Shown: piece by piece, positions 36,411-46,100 of the stretch
How the letters are laid out: each line of letters opens with the position of its first letter
Numbering within the stretch: position 1 is the stretch's first letter
Source of the DNA: a virus
Length of the DNA: 64,000 bases
Strand: one strand, 5' to 3'
IMG/VR virus record: IMGVR_UViG_3300005842_000485
Span: 26,566 to 90,565 of that record
Made by a program: the position numbers and the translations under genes
The notes under the pieces: generated by a model
The model's input: the letters and a program-made list of their open reading frames with translations, nothing else
Told to the model about the DNA's origin: nothing
The model's database searches: none

Positions 36411-36983
36411 TCAGCCGCGCGTGGGATTAGGGCCTTTCGGTAGATCAATATGGAACACGAAGCGAGCGATGGCGAGCAGGGTTCCACCGACGACCAACCC
36501 CACCCCGAGGCCGCAGCGAAACTCGAACGGCAGTCTCGTCAGGAACACGAGGATTGGCGAGAAGGCGAGTGCGCCCAGCCCTTGGACCCAGTGCAGAACG
36601 TAGAGCCAGCGCGTTTGGCGTATCACCGTGCGCTTCACGTCGATGCGGCCGCCATCGGACTCCCAGAGACCGGTGTCCATGTCTTCGATCCGCTTGGTCA
36701 GTGCTTCGTGGAGTCGAGCCGCTCGGCTTGCCTCGGCCGACTGGATGTACGCGACGATGCCCGTCACCACCGCATACGCAGCAAATAGCCCAGCCGTGCC
36801 TCCGGCCGCTGAGAGCAGGAACGAGCGGTAGCGGATGAGCGGGAGAATGAAGGCGAGCGCTGCACCTGTCGTCGCTACAAGGAGGTAGACAGAGGCGAGG
36901 CGACCCATCCGCCACGCCACGACAACCACCGGGTTTCGGTCCTCAGGGATTGGACGGACAATTTGAATTGCGCTGAGGTTCAT
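36411..36983 (-). CDS. Four-TM membrane protein (cargo)
   Basis: MNLSAIQIVR start with ATGA overlap; hydrophobic segments. Confidence 0.7.
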   Translation of the reverse strand: MNLSAIQIVRPIPEDRNPVVVVAWRMGRLASVYLLVATTGAALAFILPLIRYRSFLLSAAGGTAGLFAAYAVVTGIVAYIQSAEASRAARLHEALTKRIEDMDTGLWESDGGRIDVKRTVIRQTRWLYVLHWVQGLGALAFSPILVFLTRLPFEFRCGLGVGLVVGGTLLAIARFVFHIDLPKGPNPTRG

Positions 36984-37318
36984 ACGCCGTGCTTCCCGAG
37001 GTACGCGCGAACGACGGCAGTGACCCCGACAACACCGACGCCCACGAGGAGGGCGAAGTCCGCGCCGTCGAAGAGGACTTCCATCTCGACGAGGTGAAAG
37101 AACACCTTGTTCTGCGGAACACCGAGGATGTGCGTGAGGCCCCAATGGAAGGCTTGGATCACGGCGAAGATCCCAAACAGAAGGATGGCGTGCGCGACCC
37201 ACTCCGCGAACGCCCGTAGACAGCGGTCGCCCAGCTTTCGAAGAAACGCACCGAACGGGATCGGTAGGGCTGGCAGCACTGGTGCGGCCGGCACCGCCGG
37301 CTTCGCGTGATTGGCCAT
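36980..37318 (-). CDS. Two-TM membrane protein (cargo)
   Basis: Two hydrophobic segments, coupled to the next gene. Confidence 0.65.
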   Translation of the reverse strand: MANHAKPAVPAAPVLPALPIPFGAFLRKLGDRCLRAFAEWVAHAILLFGIFAVIQAFHWGLTHILGVPQNKVFFHLVEMEVLFDGADFALLVGVGVVGVTAVVRAYLGKHGV

Positions 37319-37360
37319 TAGTTGTGAAGCTAGTGTAGCCCGGATCGTTCCGGAAAGATG

Positions 37361-38194
37361 TCAGTCGCCCGTTTCATCTCGACGCTGCCGGAGCATGTAT
37401 TCGGTGCGAAAAACGACTTCCCCGAGCTTCACCAGCGCGATGTAGGTTTCACAGACGAGCGCCGTTCGAGCGTTGATCTTCGCCTTTTCCTCATCCTCTT
37501 GGAGCTTCCCGCTCCGGATCATTGCTTCGTAGCTCTCGCCCTCTGGCTTCCCCCACGACTGCGCTTCATAGGCTGCCCGATCGCGACCGATGAGATCACG
37601 CTGGACGTGGGCCGGCTGGGTGGCTAACCCATGCGCCGCGACGTGCCTTGCCTCCCGACCTTTGCGCGCAGCCGTGAATCCAGTTCGGAGCTGCGCAACC
37701 TCCGTGTCGAGGCCGGCATCCAGAAGCAGATCGTACGATGCGTTCAGTTCACCTTTTTGCTCACTTTTCTGCCCAAGGACAGCGGTGATGAGAAAGTCCC
37801 GGAGGCGATCCGCGGCAGCGGTCAGGGCGACGAGCGCCGCGAATTCGCTGAAGTCAAACTCGGTGGGCTCGACCCGGAGCCACGGCACGTGCGGCTGATA
37901 GAGGAGCATCTGGCCGACGAAGTGCCGGGAAGTCTTCATGAGGCCGAAGAAGTCGCTGCCGAGCTCCATCAAGCGCTGCTCTTGTGCCGTTGGCGCGCGC
38001 TTCGGAGGGATGTCGTCCTGCCAGCCCATGAAGTCGTGGTCATAGGGCGGGTTTTGCACCCACATGACGTAGCCGACGAACTCGGGATCGATCTCCTCGA
38101 GGTTCAGCCAGCCGTAGTGATCGACGTCGAATACTCCTCGGGCGCGGAGAAGCACCTCTGCGTCTTTCTTGAGTAACCCGAGGTCCGTGGCCAT
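37361..38194 (-). CDS. Hypothetical protein with HEPN-like RxxxxH motif
   Basis: Helical protein with REARHVAAH. Confidence 0.6.
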   Translation of the reverse strand: MATDLGLLKKDAEVLLRARGVFDVDHYGWLNLEEIDPEFVGYVMWVQNPPYDHDFMGWQDDIPPKRAPTAQEQRLMELGSDFFGLMKTSRHFVGQMLLYQPHVPWLRVEPTEFDFSEFAALVALTAAADRLRDFLITAVLGQKSEQKGELNASYDLLLDAGLDTEVAQLRTGFTAARKGREARHVAAHGLATQPAHVQRDLIGRDRAAYEAQSWGKPEGESYEAMIRSGKLQEDEEKAKINARTALVCETYIALVKLGEVVFRTEYMLRQRRDETGD

Positions 38195-38310
38195 CCGACG
38201 TGTGTGTACCAGAGCACGTGTCGCGGCGTCCAGATGCGGAAAACGAGCGGGAGCATGCCAGGAACCGTGCGACGATGAGCGCAACAGCCAGCAGCCCAGT
38301 GGAGGATCAC

Positions 38311-38880
38311 ATGCAGAGGTTCGTACTGGCGCTTGTTAGCGTGCTACTCGCGTTTTCGGCCTACCCGGAATGCGTCGGAAAGCAGCGATGGGACGTGAAA
38401 ACAACGGCGGACGACGACGCAGAGAACATCAAGAAGAAGCACATCGACACGACCGTCGCGCAGCTCCGCGCGCTGGATCGTCCTGCGGACTTGAAGCGCA
38501 AGAGTCCGCGGACGAGCGGGACAGAGGAGACGATCTACGTTCTGGATGCTGTGCTGGTGACGTTCTTCACCGAGGCAGATCAAGACCGTCATCTCGTGCT
38601 CAAGGCACGCGGCAAGTTCATGGTCGCCGAGATCGCCGATCCACGCTGCGTGGCGAGTTCGGCGCGCTTCCATGACGAGATTCACGCTGTCCGGGAGGCG
38701 TTCGACGATCACTTCAAGCAGACGAACGGGAGGGTCCGGAAGTCGAAGAAGGTCGTGAACGAGCGCGTGCGTGTCACCGGTGTGGGGTTCTTCGACTCGC
38801 CGCACAAGGTCACCAATGCGGCACCAAACTTCATCGAACTGCACCCGGTCATCAAGATCGAGTTCTTGGACGAAGAGTAG
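38311..38880 (+). CDS. Secreted OB-fold-like hypothetical protein
   Basis: SD GGAGG, signal peptide; C.G.QRWDVKT, EAD.DRHLVL, VTGVGFFD, IELHPV. Confidence 0.75.
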   Translation: MQRFVLALVSVLLAFSAYPECVGKQRWDVKTTADDDAENIKKKHIDTTVAQLRALDRPADLKRKSPRTSGTEETIYVLDAVLVTFFTEADQDRHLVLKARGKFMVAEIADPRCVASSARFHDEIHAVREAFDDHFKQTNGRVRKSKKVVNERVRVTGVGFFDSPHKVTNAAPNFIELHPVIKIEFLDEE

Positions 38881-38889
38881 TCGTCTGGG

Positions 38890-39108
38890 CTACGCAGCTT
38901 CCGGGTAACAACGCCGGCAGCGGCACGTCCAATAGTGTTCGCGCGTGTCCTGTTCGTTCGCTTGCGCGGAATCAAGTTGCACGGGGACGGGAACGGTCTC
39001 ATCGACGTTGTGGGCAGTCACAATGCCGATGATGTCGTCCGCGTTGTCTCGGATAACCCAAATGGCGGGCCGACACCAGCATCGCTCTGTGTGCTCGTGT
39101 TCCTTCAC
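38890..39108 (-). CDS. Small Cys/His-rich phage protein
   Basis: HEHTERCWCRP...HN; coupled to terS. Confidence 0.6.
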   Translation of the reverse strand: MKEHEHTERCWCRPAIWVIRDNADDIIGIVTAHNVDETVPVPVQLDSAQANEQDTREHYWTCRCRRCYPEAA

Positions 39109-39692
39109 GCCGCGTCGCGTATGGCTTCCACAACTGATGCGCCATCGAACCCGGCCTGCTTAAGTGCAGCGACGAACGCCTTCATCTCTTCCGGCGTGGC
39201 TTCGGTATTCAAGTTCATGTTCGTCACGGCGCCCGTGACCTCTTGCTTCTCCACCCATGCCCCGGTGAGCTTGGCCTTTGCGACGATGACATCCTTCTTT
39301 TGTCCGAGGGCTTGAACGGCGGCGTGGTAGCTCTTCTTCTCCACGGGTGCGAGGGCTTGCTGCGAAATCTGCTGGAATTGCAGGGCGAGGTCGTCGAGCT
39401 GTTCAGAGAGTTCGAGCCGCGTATCTTCAACATCGATCGAGGCGTCGGCTCGAAGCGCTTCCCGCACCGCTTTCCGGTCATCGCGGATCGTGCGCTCGGA
39501 GATGTCGTAGCCCTGTTTGGCGTACATCTCCACCACCTTGTCCGGCTGTGTGATCCCGCGGCGTATGAGTTGGAGGAGGTAGCGTCGGCGTTCGATGGTC
39601 TTGTCCTGGTCGCCGAGCTTCACCGAGACAGACGTTGCGGCCTTGGAGCGCTTCACGATGCGGTGTTTCTTCGTGCGTGGACGACGTGACAT
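39105..39692 (-). CDS. Probable terminase small subunit (HTH)
   Basis: ERRRYLLQL...ISERTIRDD HTH; AKLTGAWVEKQEVTG C-terminus; upstream of terL. Confidence 0.7.
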   Translation of the reverse strand: MSRRPRTKKHRIVKRSKAATSVSVKLGDQDKTIERRRYLLQLIRRGITQPDKVVEMYAKQGYDISERTIRDDRKAVREALRADASIDVEDTRLELSEQLDDLALQFQQISQQALAPVEKKSYHAAVQALGQKKDVIVAKAKLTGAWVEKQEVTGAVTNMNLNTEATPEEMKAFVAALKQAGFDGASVVEAIRDAA

Positions 39693-39714
39693 TCTCGGCA
39701 GGTATTGGCAGATG

Positions 39715-40071
39715 CTATGCGGCTTCTTTGGGAGCGCCGCACGGGGCGAGCAGGTGGTGTTCTCCTTGCGCCAAGATGAACGGTACGCTGTCGATCAGGT
39801 TGTTGGACGTGATGATCCACCGGCGGTCACTCCGGTAGCTGGCGATGGCGTCGCAGGCTGTACATCTCAGCGTGGCGACGCAGGCGAGCGGGTCATCGGC
39901 CGCGTCCACATGCGCTTTGAGATCGTGGCCAGCGGCTTTGATGCCGGGGATGGACTGCTGGGCGCGTTCAATCGGAGTCACATGCGGCGAAGTGGAAGTT
40001 CCTCTCCTGTCTAGCACAGGGGAGGCGCGTTGGCGAGAGTAGACGGGTAGGGAAATGCGCGGCTTTGGCAC
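39715..40071 (-). CDS. Phage hypothetical protein
   Basis: GHDL...CTAC; start uncertain. Confidence 0.45.
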   Translation of the reverse strand: MPKPRISLPVYSRQRASPVLDRRGTSTSPHVTPIERAQQSIPGIKAAGHDLKAHVDAADDPLACVATLRCTACDAIASYRSDRRWIITSNNLIDSVPFILAQGEHHLLAPCGAPKEAA

Positions 40072-40099
40072 TCCTACAGAAGAGAGAGTCTACGCCGCC

Positions 40100-40771
40100 A
40101 TGATGACAACCGAGCCACCGACCCCAGTATCTGGGCCATCCGCCGCACCGACCGTCACCAAGCCAGAACTACCGACGCAGCTCATCAAGGATTGGGTGTA
40201 CTACGTTGTTGGCTTCGGCGCCGCTGTCGGCATCGGTCTCGCTGTGTGGCTTGGTAAGGTCGGCGTACCGCTGTTTTCGCCTCTCCTCGACATCATTCCG
40301 AACGAACTCCGGCCGACACTCATCCCGCTCTCATCTGCGCTCATGGGTGTAGTCGCGGTGGTGGTGCAGTATTACGCGGATCGCAAAGGAAACACGGACA
40401 AGCTGTTCGCGTTTGCGCTAGCGTTCACAGTCGCCGCCTTCATCGGGCTTGTCGTCGTCCGGACAAAGCTCGTCGTCCCCATCGAGACCACGCCAGGAAC
40501 GCGGGTGACTTTTCTCGTCTGTCTATCCGTGCCGCAAAAGACACCGTGCGTCGGCGTGGGGAAGTCCGAGTGCATCGAGCGGCTGACATTCAACCCTTCG
40601 TACATCCGATCGTTCTTCGGTGACAGCTGCTTGGAAAACGCGGAACTTGGTGTGGAAGCGGCGTATTTGGCGTTCATGGCCTGCTTCGGCCTGATGGTAG
40701 GGATCGTGGTTGCCCGTCGAAAACACCAGCAGCAGGGCCAGCAAGTCACGACGGAGGGTCAGCAGCCATGA
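40100..40771 (+). CDS. Four-TM membrane protein (cargo)
   Basis: Hydrophobic segments with a Cys-containing loop. Confidence 0.75.
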   Translation: MMTTEPPTPVSGPSAAPTVTKPELPTQLIKDWVYYVVGFGAAVGIGLAVWLGKVGVPLFSPLLDIIPNELRPTLIPLSSALMGVVAVVVQYYADRKGNTDKLFAFALAFTVAAFIGLVVVRTKLVVPIETTPGTRVTFLVCLSVPQKTPCVGVGKSECIERLTFNPSYIRSFFGDSCLENAELGVEAAYLAFMACFGLMVGIVVARRKHQQQGQQVTTEGQQP

Positions 40772-41580
40772 AGAACCTCCTCGCCGTAGCGATGCTCGCT
40801 CTCGCTGGGTGTGCGAGCGCGGCGCAACCGGTGGCTGCTTCCACAGCCGCAACCGTAACGAAGGCGACGCGGGGTGTGACGAAGGTACCGGAGACCGTTC
40901 GGGCGGCTGACGAAGCGCCACCGGTGTCACGCGCAATCGCCGACGCGCAAGAAGCACAGCTTCAGGCGCAGTTGGCACCCTTCCGCGCGAAGGTTCTTGA
41001 GGGACGTATGCTGCCCATCGAGGCCACGTTCACGAGCTTTCCGCCGAGAGTCGTGAAAGGCGTGCGGGCGAATGTGGCAAACGACTGGGTAGAAAGTACC
41101 GGCGAGGATTTACATCGACGGCTCGACAGCCTGGAATGGAAGGAAGACCCCCAGATGAAGGATGTCGCGGCCTTTGTACAAAGCCAAGTGGATTCGCGCA
41201 CCCGAAACAACCAGATGCCGATTCAGGAGGGCGGGCTCGTTGCACCCGAGGCTGTCCAGAGTTACGTGAACGACATTCTCTCGATTCTCGATCAGGCGAA
41301 GAGCAGCGCCTCCCGTATCACTATCACCGTCATCACGGCGCCCAAGGGCGCGACATTTGAACTCTGTCGCGAGTTCGTTCCTACGGACTGTACATCTGTT
41401 GGAACGAACGTGACTTTGGCTGATATTTTCCGGGGTCGTTACATCTACAAGATCACCCTCAAAGGGTATCAGAAGGTGCAAGCGCCGCTGAACCTTGTGA
41501 ACTTCACGCAGTCGCGGTTGTGGTGTCCGCTTCACGCCGATTCGGACAGCGCCGGCGCGGTTCCTTGTACGCCGCAGTAA
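40768..41580 (+). CDS. Lipoprotein (cargo) with C-terminal PEGA-like beta domain
   Basis: Lipobox LAGC; ITVITAPKGAT...GRYIYKITLKGY. Confidence 0.75.
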   Translation: MKNLLAVAMLALAGCASAAQPVAASTAATVTKATRGVTKVPETVRAADEAPPVSRAIADAQEAQLQAQLAPFRAKVLEGRMLPIEATFTSFPPRVVKGVRANVANDWVESTGEDLHRRLDSLEWKEDPQMKDVAAFVQSQVDSRTRNNQMPIQEGGLVAPEAVQSYVNDILSILDQAKSSASRITITVITAPKGATFELCREFVPTDCTSVGTNVTLADIFRGRYIYKITLKGYQKVQAPLNLVNFTQSRLWCPLHADSDSAGAVPCTPQ

Positions 41581-41584
41581 TGAG

Positions 41585-42208
41585 CTACGCCGCAAGCGAG
41601 TTGTCCGACTGGCCCCACTCCACAACGATGCGTTCAAGGGCAGTCCCTGGCTTGCACCGTTCGCGTTTACAGAAGCCGCCGATGATGTCGTCAACGATCT
41701 CGGCCGCTTCCTTTGCCATCTTGAACTTCAGGGTCGCCCACGTCTGGCTTTCATCATCTCGATGGTCGTCTTGCGCGTTCTGGTCATTCGGCGCAACGAG
41801 GTCGAGCGTCAGTGCGTCCAAGCCGAGAAGTGGAAGATCATCCTTCGGAAGTGTGTCGATCTGGATTGAGAGTTGCGGCAAGTCCCAAGCGCCGAAGGTG
41901 CCATTGTCAGCAATCCGGATGCGGGTTTTCTCCTCTGGCGTGAGGTCGCGGAGATAGATCACAGGACACTTGCTCTTCAGATCCGTATAGACATCGTGGC
42001 GCTGGCAGCCGCCGACGATCTCGCATGTACTCTTCTCAACGAGGATCGCCTTGAAGTCTCCGCGCTTGATGCTCTCCCTGAGCGCGGCGAAGGCTCCGGG
42101 ATATGCAGTCTTCAATCGGACACGCGGGTTATCCGCGGCCGGCTTCAGTTCGGCGGGATCAAGCCAATGAATCGTGTCATCGATGATGTAGGAAGCAAAA
42201 CGGTTCAC
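41585..42208 (-). CDS. ParB/Srx-like N-terminal domain protein
   Basis: LKPAADNPR, LRESI, IVGGCQR, IADN...GAWD; typical upstream of terminase genes. Confidence 0.85.
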   Translation of the reverse strand: MNRFASYIIDDTIHWLDPAELKPAADNPRVRLKTAYPGAFAALRESIKRGDFKAILVEKSTCEIVGGCQRHDVYTDLKSKCPVIYLRDLTPEEKTRIRIADNGTFGAWDLPQLSIQIDTLPKDDLPLLGLDALTLDLVAPNDQNAQDDHRDDESQTWATLKFKMAKEAAEIVDDIIGGFCKRERCKPGTALERIVVEWGQSDNSLAA

Positions 42209-42408
42209 GGGAGCTTCGAGGAGGGTACGGCCAGGAAGAACCAGCTCTGCGTCGTGCGCTCGCCGTCCTGTTCGATATGAACTTCAACAACGGATTCGTC
42301 GCCGATCAACGCGAGGACGTCGATTGTCTCCGAGATTGCGGGATCGTCGAGACATTGGCGCATGAGGCCGAATTGGAAATCGGGAGGATCGATCTCGCGC
42401 AGGTTCAA
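42205..42408 (-). CDS. Small hypothetical protein
   Basis: Coupled to the ParB-like gene. Confidence 0.45.
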   Translation of the reverse strand: MNLREIDPPDFQFGLMRQCLDDPAISETIDVLALIGDESVVEVHIEQDGERTTQSWFFLAVPSSKLP

Positions 42409-42441
42409 GTCGATGGTTGATTAGGAAGCAATATCCGCCAC

Positions 42442-42837
42442 TTATCCAGAGATGAGCGCAGCCAAGGAGAAGAGGCAGAGGAGCGTGAAGCCGGCCCATG
42501 CTGCCCAAAGGAGAGCGGTCGAGAAGGTCAGCAACGGCTCGTAGGTAGGTAAGACATCCGAGACGGTGAACGGACGGCGGGTATCAGGCCATGTATACGA
42601 AGAAAGCTGGCTGGTGAAGATTGTCGAAGATGTTGCGTCCGGCAGCTTACCAGCGGAATAGACAATCCGGGGTTGTTTGGGGATGTGGTTCTTCCTTTTC
42701 GGTCGTTTCAGAGCCGCGCCACCTTCCAGCGTGAAGAGACGCCCCTCTGCAATATCTCGAAGTCCGGCGTTAAGCGCTTGCTGTACGGCTTGCTCAACCG
42801 GTGCGCGCTTCGGATGCGGTTTCTTCTTCGGTGGCAT
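42442..42837 (-). CDS. Hypothetical protein with C-terminal TM segment
   Basis: MPPKKKPHPK start with C-rich leader. Confidence 0.5.
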   Translation of the reverse strand: MPPKKKPHPKRAPVEQAVQQALNAGLRDIAEGRLFTLEGGAALKRPKRKNHIPKQPRIVYSAGKLPDATSSTIFTSQLSSYTWPDTRRPFTVSDVLPTYEPLLTFSTALLWAAWAGFTLLCLFSLAALISG

Positions 42838-43022
42838 GTGTGGCGAAGTCAGTGTCAGATGCACAATACCCGCTCGCAGACACATTGCAAGGGCATAAGA
42901 AACCCATGAGTGTATGCCGTCAGGGACGAACGATCTCCCTTTGACGAGCTTCGACGGCGCGGCGTAGGCCGAGGACATACAGGGACACGTGTTCCCTCAT
43001 AACTCGGAAAGGAGCCGTCGCC

Positions 43023-43529
43023 ATGAAGAAGCTGCTGATGCTGTGCCTTGCTGTCCTCGTTTTCTTGCCTGTCGTGTACGCAGCCGAACGCATCGAGCCG
43101 TTCTGGGTCGTCCATGGGCATGCGGAAGACCCGGTGCATCACATCCTGTACGTCGTCGCGCGCGAAGTAGGGGGGGCTCATCGCTGGATTGTCACGGCGC
43201 ATGAGATGGTGCAGGCGGAACGCCAGGCGGACGGCTCGATGGCCTACAGCTACCGCGACGAGGCGTGCGTCCTCTACATCGACGAGGACGGGGACGAGCA
43301 CTTCACGCCGAAGGAACGCCGCTGGAAGACGACCGCCGATCACGCCTGCGCGCTGACGGAGAGTCCCGTGACGCTCGCGCTCGATCTCGCGCCTGATGGC
43401 TCGGTCGCGATGTTGCACGTGCAGACGCCGCCGAAGAAGCGGCATGCGGAGTCGCAGGTCGCGCTGCTCGATGTCGCCGGAGCCGCCCATGTCGAGCGGC
43501 AGTATCAACTCGGCGCTCCGACGGAGTGA
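43023..43529 (+). CDS. Secreted hypothetical protein (cargo)
   Basis: SD GAAAGGAG, MKKLLMLCL signal peptide; followed by hairpin CCCCGCCA-TG-TGGCGGGG. Confidence 0.75.
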   Translation: MKKLLMLCLAVLVFLPVVYAAERIEPFWVVHGHAEDPVHHILYVVAREVGGAHRWIVTAHEMVQAERQADGSMAYSYRDEACVLYIDEDGDEHFTPKERRWKTTADHACALTESPVTLALDLAPDGSVAMLHVQTPPKKRHAESQVALLDVAGAAHVERQYQLGAPTE

Positions 43530-43678
43530 ACGAGCTGTCTGTATGACCGAGGCCCCGCCATGTGGCGGGGTTGTTCGGCGTACGGGTCAGGAAGCGTAGG
43601 TAGGGAAGCGGCGCGCCGCGTCACTCCTTGAATTGAACGGCAGATGCGCCGAATCGGACTCGTGACCTGCGTGTCGGC

Positions 43679-44458
43679 GTGGACAATGGCAGGGGCGGGC
43701 TGTGGACGAAACAGAAAACGGTGCGCCCATTCTCGGGGCGACGGCTGGGAGAGACGAGTATGGAAGTGAAGGAAGAACGCGAACGCACGGCGACAGGGCG
43801 CGTGTTGAGCTGGACACTGTGGAAGATGGCGATGCCGCTCGCCTTGGCGATCCTGTTATTGCAAATGCTTAAGATGGGTAGGGTCGCGTGGTTGCAGGGA
43901 TTCGGTACGTCCATCTTAGGGCATATGCAAGTCGGATTCATCCTTGCCGGGCTCACGAGCTTTGCCTACGAGTGGACGGCATACGTTCGACGAGGCAATG
44001 CGCTGGCGGAGAAGCTGGCGCACTTGTTCGTAAAGGCTTCACGAACGGCGCATAAGCCGAAGCCACGAACGAAAGCACCGACGCTCGCAATGGTGATGGC
44101 CGAGGAGTTTGAAGCGAGTGTCTCCAGGCTCATTTTCCTGCTCTCAAGCGTCCTGCTCGGGCTCACGCTCGCTGGGCTTCTCTGGCGTGATCGGAGCTTA
44201 ACCGTGGTGGCGTGTGGTGTTGGCGCGTTGATCCTTGTCGCGCATGCGCGACAAGGAATGTTGCGCTGGCGGATCGAGCGTGGGTATTTTGGGAGTAGCG
44301 AACACGAAGTGCGAGAATTGCTCCGTTTCGCTTCGCAGCACCCCCGGCCGACAGACTTCTTTGACGGTGGCGGACTGCTGCCAGCGTTCGAGATCGGGGA
44401 GCGCAAAGAACAGTCGAAGCTGTGGGCAGCGCCCGGAGAAGCGGAGGTCACCCCGTGA
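43679..44458 (+). CDS. Membrane protein (cargo)
   Basis: Four hydrophobic segments; start uncertain. Confidence 0.6.
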   Translation: MDNGRGGLWTKQKTVRPFSGRRLGETSMEVKEERERTATGRVLSWTLWKMAMPLALAILLLQMLKMGRVAWLQGFGTSILGHMQVGFILAGLTSFAYEWTAYVRRGNALAEKLAHLFVKASRTAHKPKPRTKAPTLAMVMAEEFEASVSRLIFLLSSVLLGLTLAGLLWRDRSLTVVACGVGALILVAHARQGMLRWRIERGYFGSSEHEVRELLRFASQHPRPTDFFDGGGLLPAFEIGERKEQSKLWAAPGEAEVTP

Positions 44459-44868
44459 GTGCCGAAGCGCTGACATCGCTGCTCGGCCGTGCGATCGATT
44501 ACCTCTTTCTGGACGACCGGCGCGCATCGTCAATGGGCATCTCATTCGGTGCGACGATCCTCATGCTCACGCGAGTGTTCCATCCCGCGCTGGCACAGCA
44601 GCACGTAGTCGATCTGAACGCCGCGCATCCGATGCTTTTTCTTGTCGCCGGCATGTTCCTGTTCAACCTTCCGCGATTCATCCGTGGAGATGCGCTTCCA
44701 AAGACGGCGGAGACGAGATTGAAGCTCGTGCGTTCCGAGCTGCGCGCGAAGAGAATCTCGCACGTCGAAGCACAGCAACTCTACAAACGTATCCTTGAGG
44801 AAGAGTTGCAAGCATTGATTGTTGACCGCACTCGAAAGCCACCGGACGCGGCGATTATGGCGAAGTAA
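44455..44868 (+). CDS. Two-TM membrane protein (cargo)
   Basis: GTGA-coupled to the previous gene. Confidence 0.65.
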   Translation: MSAEALTSLLGRAIDYLFLDDRRASSMGISFGATILMLTRVFHPALAQQHVVDLNAAHPMLFLVAGMFLFNLPRFIRGDALPKTAETRLKLVRSELRAKRISHVEAQQLYKRILEEELQALIVDRTRKPPDAAIMAK

Positions 44869-44895
44869 GCTGAAGCGGCGAGCTTCGGCAGAAAA

Positions 44896-45807
44896 TCATT
44901 CGACGGTTGATGCAAGCGCTTCGCGCGTCGTGCTCTGTAGTTCCATCGCGTCAATGATCGAGGATGCTGCGTGGTGAATGCGGTCAGCGGAAGCGGCAAT
45001 CTTCTTCGTGTCGCCGTCCGACCACGACGATACGTACGGAAACGTGTATTCCGAGGTGTCCAGGCCGTAGTAGTTCAGAACGACGAAGGCCACGGACTCC
45101 GCTTCTAGCTCGCGTTGCTCCTTCGGGATCTCGTCGGTTGGGATCCCCACGTGCATGGCGACGTGTGCCTTCTCGTGGATAAGGGTCTTCACGGCTTGCA
45201 AGTCGTCCACGCCTTCACGGGTGACGACCTTGCCGGTCTCCTTCGAGACGTAGCCGTAGTGCCGGCCGACAAGATGCTCTTCGCCGACTTCATAGCCGTC
45301 GCTCCCGAGGACGCGGGTGATCGTGGCGCGCAGTTCTTGAATCTCCTCGGAGGTGCCGCGTAGCTCGTGGATGATCTCGGGGACGGGATCGCCCTCGGTT
45401 TGGCTGACATCGAAGACGTAGCCGGTGATGAAGCGGACGCCACTCTCCTCGGGTGTGTCGTCTGTGGTTTCTTCCTGGGCGGCGTTCTTGCCCTTCTTGT
45501 ACGTGCTCGGGACAAGAATCATCAGGCCGTGCTCACCCTTCTTTACGGAGCGGTTGTGCTGTTGCCATTGCCGGAATCCCATGACGAGGGATGCACTCGG
45601 CATCTGTGAGTAGATGAGGAGCGTGTTCTTGAAACTAAAAGCTCGGGTGTGCTGCGCAAGGAATGTCAGATAGGCGCGGTACTGCTCGGAGTCGCGGAAC
45701 GATTCGACGCCCCGTTCTAGCATGTCGTGAGCGGCGCGGAGCTTCGCTTGCTTCTGCTCGAGCCACGTCTCCCGGTCGAAGTCTGTTTTGGGGGTACGGC
45801 GAGCCAC
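44896..45807 (-). CDS. ArdC-like ssDNA-binding / zincin metallopeptidase antirestriction protein
   Basis: FSFKNTLLI.SQ.P.A..VMGF.QW....R.VKKGE, VFDVSQTEG, TLIHEKAH, ELEAESVAF. Confidence 0.9.
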   Translation of the reverse strand: MARRTPKTDFDRETWLEQKQAKLRAAHDMLERGVESFRDSEQYRAYLTFLAQHTRAFSFKNTLLIYSQMPSASLVMGFRQWQQHNRSVKKGEHGLMILVPSTYKKGKNAAQEETTDDTPEESGVRFITGYVFDVSQTEGDPVPEIIHELRGTSEEIQELRATITRVLGSDGYEVGEEHLVGRHYGYVSKETGKVVTREGVDDLQAVKTLIHEKAHVAMHVGIPTDEIPKEQRELEAESVAFVVLNYYGLDTSEYTFPYVSSWSDGDTKKIAASADRIHHAASSIIDAMELQSTTREALASTVE

Positions 45808-46088
45808 TACTCTGGCGTTTCTATATCATCGTCATCCAAGATGAACCGGTGTCCGGCTTCGGATGTCTCCGCTGGTGTCAGTTCAATGAGCTTGACGTTC
45901 TGGCCGACGGCGTACTTACGGTGGCAAGCAACACACTCAAAGTTGTAAAAGAAGGCTGCGTCGATGTGTGAATGATGTCCGCAGACGCAGTGGACATCCA
46001 TACAGACATCGGTGCCTTTCCACTGAATCCACCCGCCCGTAGCTGTGGGAGGGTTGTCGCGTTCGTAAACCTGTTTGTAGTAGTCCAT
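45807..46088 (-). CDS. Small Cys-rich phage protein
   Basis: WIQWKGTDVCMDVHCVCG...CVAC. Confidence 0.7.
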   Translation of the reverse strand: MDYYKQVYERDNPPTATGGWIQWKGTDVCMDVHCVCGHHSHIDAAFFYNFECVACHRKYAVGQNVKLIELTPAETSEAGHRFILDDDDIETPE

Positions 46089-46100
46089 GAAACGCGGTGG

